Positions 58,499 through 64,000 of a stretch of DNA of 64,000 nucleotides are shown in pieces. The notes under the pieces were generated by a model. The model saw only the letters and a list, made by a program, of their open reading frames with translations. It was not told where the DNA came from and searched no databases. Positions within the stretch are counted from its first letter, which is position 1; each line of letters begins with the position of its first letter. The position numbers and the translations under genes were made by a program. Origin of the DNA: an uncultured Nitrospiraceae bacterium (GTDB lineage: Bacteria > Nitrospirota > Thermodesulfovibrionia > Thermodesulfovibrionales > SM23-35). The stretch covers positions 608,001-672,000 of the forward strand of contig CAVSHB010000001.1 of the NCBI GenBank assembly GCA_963727775.1. The letters run 5' to 3'.

Positions 58499-59002
58499 CT
58501 ATAACTCCTTAATCAAAACGTCGGCAATCTTCTTGCGCTGAGAAGTTCTGCTTCCGGCACGCGGGTGGCCGATAGCGACAACGGCCATAAGTTCCATTTC
58601 CGGAGGCAATTCGAGAAGCGCCCGAACGTTCTCTGCATTTTTCAGTATCTCTCCCAGCCAGACGGCCCCAAGCCCAAGGGCGTGCGCTGCAAGCAGCATG
58701 TTCTGAATGCACGCCCCCATCGCCTGATGATCTTTGATATCATTGTACATCGCCCCTCTGTCAATGAATACGGCAATACACGCCGGGGCGGACTCAATGA
58801 TCGTCCGGTATTTTGTGAACTCAGCCAGTTTTACACGGGTCTCCCTCTCTATCACAATAACAAAACGCCACGGCTGATTATTCATGCCGGATGGCGCCCA
58901 TGCCCCGGCCTTAATGATCTCCATAAGTTGCTCTCGCTCAACCGGCTGTTCGGTATATTGCCTAACGCTCCGCCGGGTATAAATTCCTTCAAGCAGGTCC
59001 AT
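58499..59002 (-). CDS. Nitroreductase
   Basis: RRSVR, APSGMNNQPWRF, QNMLLAAHALGLG. Confidence 0.93.
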   Translation of the reverse strand: MDLLEGIYTRRSVRQYTEQPVEREQLMEIIKAGAWAPSGMNNQPWRFVIVIERETRVKLAEFTKYRTIIESAPACIAVFIDRGAMYNDIKDHQAMGACIQNMLLAAHALGLGAVWLGEILKNAENVRALLELPPEMELMAVVAIGHPRAGSRTSQRKKIADVLIKEL

Positions 59003-59051
59003 TTTTTTGCCTCCTATCGAACACAGTGAGCTTTTAAAAAAATTTATTTAG

Positions 59052-59209
59052 CCCAAACTATTCATAAGATTGCCGACAGATACAGTATTTAAGCGGCCTT
59101 AAATTCTTTCAAAGAAAGAATTTGCCTCGGAGGCCCGATTTGTACCGGGTCGAGAATGAGCGCAAATACTGTATTTGTCGGCACCCGCTTATTTTATGAA
59201 TTTAGCAGG
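59052..59209. mobile_element. 158-bp MITE with IS1380-like ends (copy 2, inverted)
   Basis: Near-identical reverse complement of 50557-50714; flanks TTAG/TCAG. Confidence 0.85.
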
Positions 59210-59435
59210 TCAGTTTGTTGTCACCGCATTAATGATAATACGTTCTTCTCAAGCATGACAAGAGACTATTCTTACAGGAAGGCGAAACCTTCCATTCACT
59301 CCATCTTCCGTCCCCATAAGAGTTGAAATCTTTAGCGGCTACAACACATAATGTGTTTTACGAGTGTTCGTCTTGTTTTGTAAAAACTGCTTGAGAATTT
59401 TATTTGCAGACTTATTGGATCGCACAAAGGGGGAG

Positions 59436-60974
59436 ATGAAGAGAACCGGAAGAGCGATCTTGTGCGCAGCAGGGGTCATTGTATGGCTGGGTTTCGGAAC
59501 TGTGGCAGGCGAAGAACACCGCCATGACGTGCTTATAGTCGGCGCCGGGATCTCCGGACTTTCGGCTGCCCTGGAGTTGGCGCGCAGCGGCATCGACGTT
59601 GCTGTGATCGAGATGTCGCCCCATTATGGCGGCGCGGCAGTGGTGAGTGATGGACGCATTTGCATCGTTGGCACCCCTGAACAGGAGCAAGCTGGCGTGC
59701 ACGACTCGCCGCAGACCGCCTTTGAGGACTTCATGGAGTTCGGCCGTGACGAGCGCGGTTCCGGTCCCAACGCCGGGTGGGTGCGCTATTATGTGACAGA
59801 GTCTCGCCATGAGATTTACGATTGGCTCACCGGTCTCGGAGTGCGATTCGAGAAGAACGTAGTGCTGATGCCCGGAAATCGTGTTCCGCGCTGGCATAAA
59901 GTCATCGGCGGGGGACTTGGATTCGTGGAGCCTATCTATCACGAATGTGTAAAAACCGGCAATGTAACTTTTTCCTGGGACACCAAGGGTATTTCATTGC
60001 TCCGGGACGGCGACCGCATCATAGGTGTTAGGGCCAAACGACTGCGTGACGGTACGGAAACAGACTATCTTGCCCGGGTCGTGATACTGGCAACCGGCGG
60101 ATTCCAGAACAACATGGAGATGGTCCGTGAGTATTGGCCAAAGGACCTGCCGTTTCCTGAGCGGCTCCTGTTCGGTGGCGGTCCGAATGCGGTCGGATTT
60201 GGCCATGGGATGGCGAAGGCAGCCGGCGCACAACTGCGGAATATGAGTTATCAATGGAACTATTCGAACGGCCTGCCGGATCCGCATGATCTATCAGGCC
60301 GGCGTGGCCTGAACGCCTTTAGCCTGCAGTCGATCTGGGTCAATAAGACAGGCCGGCGTTTCGTAAATGAGTCACAGGACACGAAGACCACTTTCCCTGT
60401 GGTACTCAGGCAACCCGGAAGCATGTATTGGGCCATCTTTGATAGTGCGGCCCGCGGGACCTTTTACGTCTCCGGGTGGAACCACGAGAAGATCGAGAGC
60501 AAGATCTTCGGCAATCCGATCATGAAACCGTTTGTTAAATCGGCACTAACGGTACATGAGCTCGCTACCGCAGCGGGACTTCCTCCGGATGTGATGGAGG
60601 CCACTGTACGCAACTGGAACAAGATGGTAACGGACGGCCGCGATGCTGACTTTGGGCGTATCGGCAGCAGCAAGTCACCCTGGGCACATCCTCAACGGAT
60701 CGAACGGCCACCTTTCTACGTTGTGCAGTTCTTTCCACTAACGCGCAAGAGCATGGGTGGTGTAGCTATTGATCAGTCATGCCGCGTCATCGATATCTTA
60801 GATCGCCCAATTCAGGGCCTGTATGCGGTCGGCGAGCTGACCGGCCTGGCGGGAATCAATGGCAAGGCCTCTCTTGAAGGGACCTTCCTCGGTTCATCCA
60901 TCATCACCGGCCGTGTCGCGGGACGTGCCGTTGCAGCGGAGCTGGCTGCCCGGCCTATCCCACAATCAAAATAG
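59436..60974 (+). CDS. Exported FAD-dependent oxidoreductase (flavocytochrome c/fumarate reductase flavoprotein family)
   Basis: Signal-like N-terminus, GAGISG, LATGGF, GRRFVNE, GLYAVGE. Confidence 0.85.
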   Translation: MKRTGRAILCAAGVIVWLGFGTVAGEEHRHDVLIVGAGISGLSAALELARSGIDVAVIEMSPHYGGAAVVSDGRICIVGTPEQEQAGVHDSPQTAFEDFMEFGRDERGSGPNAGWVRYYVTESRHEIYDWLTGLGVRFEKNVVLMPGNRVPRWHKVIGGGLGFVEPIYHECVKTGNVTFSWDTKGISLLRDGDRIIGVRAKRLRDGTETDYLARVVILATGGFQNNMEMVREYWPKDLPFPERLLFGGGPNAVGFGHGMAKAAGAQLRNMSYQWNYSNGLPDPHDLSGRRGLNAFSLQSIWVNKTGRRFVNESQDTKTTFPVVLRQPGSMYWAIFDSAARGTFYVSGWNHEKIESKIFGNPIMKPFVKSALTVHELATAAGLPPDVMEATVRNWNKMVTDGRDADFGRIGSSKSPWAHPQRIERPPFYVVQFFPLTRKSMGGVAIDQSCRVIDILDRPIQGLYAVGELTGLAGINGKASLEGTFLGSSIITGRVAGRAVAAELAARPIPQSK

Positions 60975-60977
60975 GAA

Positions 60978-61742
60978 TTAAATCTCCACTACATCCAGGT
61001 CATCGATTGAAGTTATCACTGGCTTTTCGAGATCCAGAACTGCAATAGTTCGATTGATTGTATAGGCATAAGAGGTCATCAGCGTCAGACAACGCCTGTC
61101 AAAGATCACATCTCTCATACGGGGCTGGTGAGACCTTACGCAAACGTTTGCGCCGAGTTGCTTCATCACGCGTGTGAAATAATCCCTGCCGTACCTCGGA
61201 CGCTCATCAGGCCCGCTGAGTAATTCTCCGGCCTCTTCGCTGAAATCACCCCAGGTCAGCTGCAACCAGGTCTCACTGCACAACTCGACGTCCTCAACCC
61301 TTCCAAGATCCATTACGTCGGGAGGGACCCCGTGCAGAGCTATCAGACCGTTAGCGGTGACAGCCGCAAATGGGAGAACCTTGCATATCTCCGAATAGTA
61401 ATCGAGTTCACCTTGAGAGAGGCTCTCCCAAAAGTCGGCAGGACCAAATGGAACAGAGCAGAATGCCTCGTGATTGCCCGCAAGCAGATAGACCTGTTTT
61501 GGTGCCTCAACCTTTTTTCTGAGAAGAAACTCGATATTTTCCCGTGATTCGGGGCCACGGTCTACATAATCTCCGAGAAACACGAGAACATATCCGGGGG
61601 TGAAGTAGGTGTCGAAGACTGTCTTTGTGGCATCGAAATCTCCATGCGTATCACCCACAAATACGGCCTTGCCCTCTGATGGAAGCCGGATGAGTCTTCC
61701 ATCATTCGAGATAGCCTGCTTTACTTTTTCAAGAGCGATCAT
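60978..61742 (-). CDS. PPP-family Ser/Thr protein phosphatase (metallophosphoesterase)
   Basis: GDTHG, GDYVDRG, GNHE, HG, RSHQ. Confidence 0.88.
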   Translation of the reverse strand: MIALEKVKQAISNDGRLIRLPSEGKAVFVGDTHGDFDATKTVFDTYFTPGYVLVFLGDYVDRGPESRENIEFLLRKKVEAPKQVYLLAGNHEAFCSVPFGPADFWESLSQGELDYYSEICKVLPFAAVTANGLIALHGVPPDVMDLGRVEDVELCSETWLQLTWGDFSEEAGELLSGPDERPRYGRDYFTRVMKQLGANVCVRSHQPRMRDVIFDRRCLTLMTSYAYTINRTIAVLDLEKPVITSIDDLDVVEI

Positions 61743-63290
61743 CTAATCTTCAAAACGGGTTATCTTAAGAACAGCTCCGGTTTCATTGACCTGTCTGCCG
61801 AATTCCTCGATATATTTTTTCAGTTCAAGTTGCTGTTCTTCCTGAAAAACGAGGAACATACCTATCATGCGATTTTCCCTGCAGAAACAAGGACGCTCAA
61901 TTCCGAGACGTTTGGCGAGTGGGGCGAGCTCCTTCAAAGCCTCTGCAACATTTGCATACCTTGCCGACGGATCTCTCCTGATTGTTCTCATAAAGAAATT
62001 GTGTATTTCAACCGGCAGATTTTCGATAGTTGAACGCGTATCATGAATATCTTCTTCCACATGCCATTTAAGGATATCCCGACCCTCTGTCTGCTGAAAA
62101 GGCTTTTGACCGGTCACCATCTCATACACTGTGATGCCCATAGAATAAATATCGGTGCGCTCGTCAACAGGGGCTCCCCTGATCTGTTCGGGAGATATAT
62201 AGTGCAATGAGCCCGGAAAAAGAAAATTTGTATCAACACTTCCTTTGCGACAGGCAAGACCGAAATCAATTATCTTTACTCTGCCATCGGACTGAACAAA
62301 TATGTTCCTCGGATTTATGTCCTGGTGAATTATGCCCATACTGTGGGCATATTCAAGACCGCTGCATACCTGGAGCGTAATATCCACGATGCGCTGCAGT
62401 GACATTGTGGTCACGTTCTCGATAATATTGTCCAGCGTTGCACCTTCAAGGTATTCCATAATAATGAATACTGTCTTGTAGGCATTTTCGATGTCATAAA
62501 CCTTAACAATGTTCGGATGGTTCATCTTTGCGATTGTCATAGCCTCATTACGGAATAGCTCAATAAAGTCGGGATCCATAGACATCTCATGTGTGAGCAT
62601 TTTTATCACAACCGGCATTTTGAGAATACCGTGCATCCCCGTGAAAACTATGCCCGCTCCGCCGTGGCCGATATTCTCGGTCACGGTATACTTGCCGATC
62701 ATCTTTTCATCGGCCAATTTCGATGTGCTGAGGATATGAGCTACCACCGATGACATGAAACTCTTCAATTCCGGAAAATCCGCAGCCATTTTTTCGAACT
62801 GCTCCCTGCTCATACTCAGCACATCGACATCCGTCTCAGCATGAACATGAGCAGCCGCCGGGCTGCCATCAAACAATGCCGCCGAACCCACAATATCACC
62901 GGTGCTCAGCATTTCCACATCATAAAGGATATCCTCCCTTGCGACATTAACGCCGCAGATTCCCTGAAGGATAAGATGGAAATGATTGAGTGGCTCTCCC
63001 TGCGTGACGATCCTGTCACCCTTAAAGAATCGCCTGTGAGTCATCTTCTTCAGAAATTCATAAGCGATTTCCTGGGGGAGGGAATCAAGCAACCTCGAAC
63101 AGAATTTATATTGCGAAGTCTGCTCCGTCTTTCCTTGAGGCGTCTTAATATCAAGCAGGTAGCAAAAAACTTCCGTATGGGAAAGAATTACATTTTTTAT
63201 GGCTCCGTCATCCGACATTTCTGTATACCTCGTTAATATCTTAATACCAAAATTATTGCAGAATCGGCGAGAAAAAGGAACAGCCTTCAT
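61743..63290 (-). CDS. cNMP-binding domain plus Hanks-type Ser/Thr kinase
   Basis: cNMP domain (GDRIVTQGE, GDIVG); IGHGGAG, VVIK, HQDINPRN, DFG, YISPEQ, DIYSMG. Start may be 63218. Confidence 0.9.
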   Translation of the reverse strand: MKAVPFSRRFCNNFGIKILTRYTEMSDDGAIKNVILSHTEVFCYLLDIKTPQGKTEQTSQYKFCSRLLDSLPQEIAYEFLKKMTHRRFFKGDRIVTQGEPLNHFHLILQGICGVNVAREDILYDVEMLSTGDIVGSAALFDGSPAAAHVHAETDVDVLSMSREQFEKMAADFPELKSFMSSVVAHILSTSKLADEKMIGKYTVTENIGHGGAGIVFTGMHGILKMPVVIKMLTHEMSMDPDFIELFRNEAMTIAKMNHPNIVKVYDIENAYKTVFIIMEYLEGATLDNIIENVTTMSLQRIVDITLQVCSGLEYAHSMGIIHQDINPRNIFVQSDGRVKIIDFGLACRKGSVDTNFLFPGSLHYISPEQIRGAPVDERTDIYSMGITVYEMVTGQKPFQQTEGRDILKWHVEEDIHDTRSTIENLPVEIHNFFMRTIRRDPSARYANVAEALKELAPLAKRLGIERPCFCRENRMIGMFLVFQEEQQLELKKYIEEFGRQVNETGAVLKITRFED

Positions 63291-63435
63291 CTTCTCGCAA
63301 GTACAGATTCGGCTTGAAATTCCATAGATAAGAATATTGTTTTACTAATCGCCCAGGTAATCTGCGTTCTCTGTTTGTTTATCATGTTCCTTTTTTGTTA
63401 TGCTTTTAAAATATTTCGTTTAGAGGGAGAGTTTT

Positions 63436-63975
63436 ATGAAATCAAAAATTGTTGCTTTATTTGTCCTTACAGTCATGCTTTCCGTTATTTCTGTTTGTTA
63501 CGCAACGGATATGTGCTATGAATATATCGAGAAGAAGAAATACGATGATGCTATCAGAGAATGTACACGGCAAATAAACGCGGAGACTGAAGTAGATGAT
63601 ATAGGTATTTCTTATACAAATAGAGGTATCGCCTATGCGGGGAAAGGACAATATGAGCAGGCCATTGATGATTACAATAAAGCTGTAAAGGCAAAACCGA
63701 AATATGAGAAGGCGTACTTCAACCGCGGGAATGCCTATTATACAAAAGGACAATATGAGCAGGCCATTGATGATTATAAAAAAGTCATTGAGCTGAACCC
63801 CAAAAACCCCAATACATATTACAATATGGCTTGTATATATTCCGTTGAAGCCTGCAAATGGTTAAAGAAAAGTGTGGAGAATGGGTTCAAAAATTGGGAC
63901 GGCATTAAGAAAGATAAAGACCTCGACAATATTCGCAATTCTTCCTGCTACAAAGAAATAATAAAGGAAAAGTAA
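63436..63975 (+). CDS. Exported TPR protein
   Basis: Signal peptide, NRG.AY..KGQYEQAIDDY repeats, YYNMACIYS, DKDLDNIR tail. Confidence 0.88.
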   Translation: MKSKIVALFVLTVMLSVISVCYATDMCYEYIEKKKYDDAIRECTRQINAETEVDDIGISYTNRGIAYAGKGQYEQAIDDYNKAVKAKPKYEKAYFNRGNAYYTKGQYEQAIDDYKKVIELNPKNPNTYYNMACIYSVEACKWLKKSVENGFKNWDGIKKDKDLDNIRNSSCYKEIIKEK

Positions 63976-64000
63976 TAAAAAGAGCTCTCCCGCTTAATTA

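Overview
Accessory-rich 64 kb region from a diderm, probably anaerobic bacterium. A Nitrospirota/Desulfobacterota-like host is my inference from gene content, not a tested placement. The main candidate for a new system is a cyclic-nucleotide locus at about 26-50.5 kb. It contains a group-3-type [NiFe]-hydrogenase whose small subunit carries two N-terminal cNMP-binding domains and whose large subunit has no C-terminal maturation peptide. This pair is transcribed divergently from a CHASE2 adenylate cyclase. The locus also holds a class II cNMP phosphodiesterase, a decayed cNMP-kinase, a TPR/beta-barrel (Slam-like) protein, a FecR-domain protein and a 3896-aa surface protein. An intact cNMP-kinase/PPP-phosphatase pair lies at 61-63 kb. 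An arsenic-type operon contains an unannotated selenoprotein (UGA plus SECIS-like hairpin) and an internally deleted acr3. There are three complete IS elements with target duplications (IS1634 splitting a PAS-GGDEF-EAL gene, IS1380, IS256) and two IS1380-type MITEs. Also present: a GIY-YIG/tRNA-Asn relic, a secreted S1 protease beside a free pro-domain homolog, an Rsb-type partner-switching module, a PaeR7I/XhoI-type R-M pair, a PLD nuclease and several REP-like palindromes. No intact tRNA, rRNA or CRISPR array was seen. All family calls rest on motif recognition; no database searches were run.
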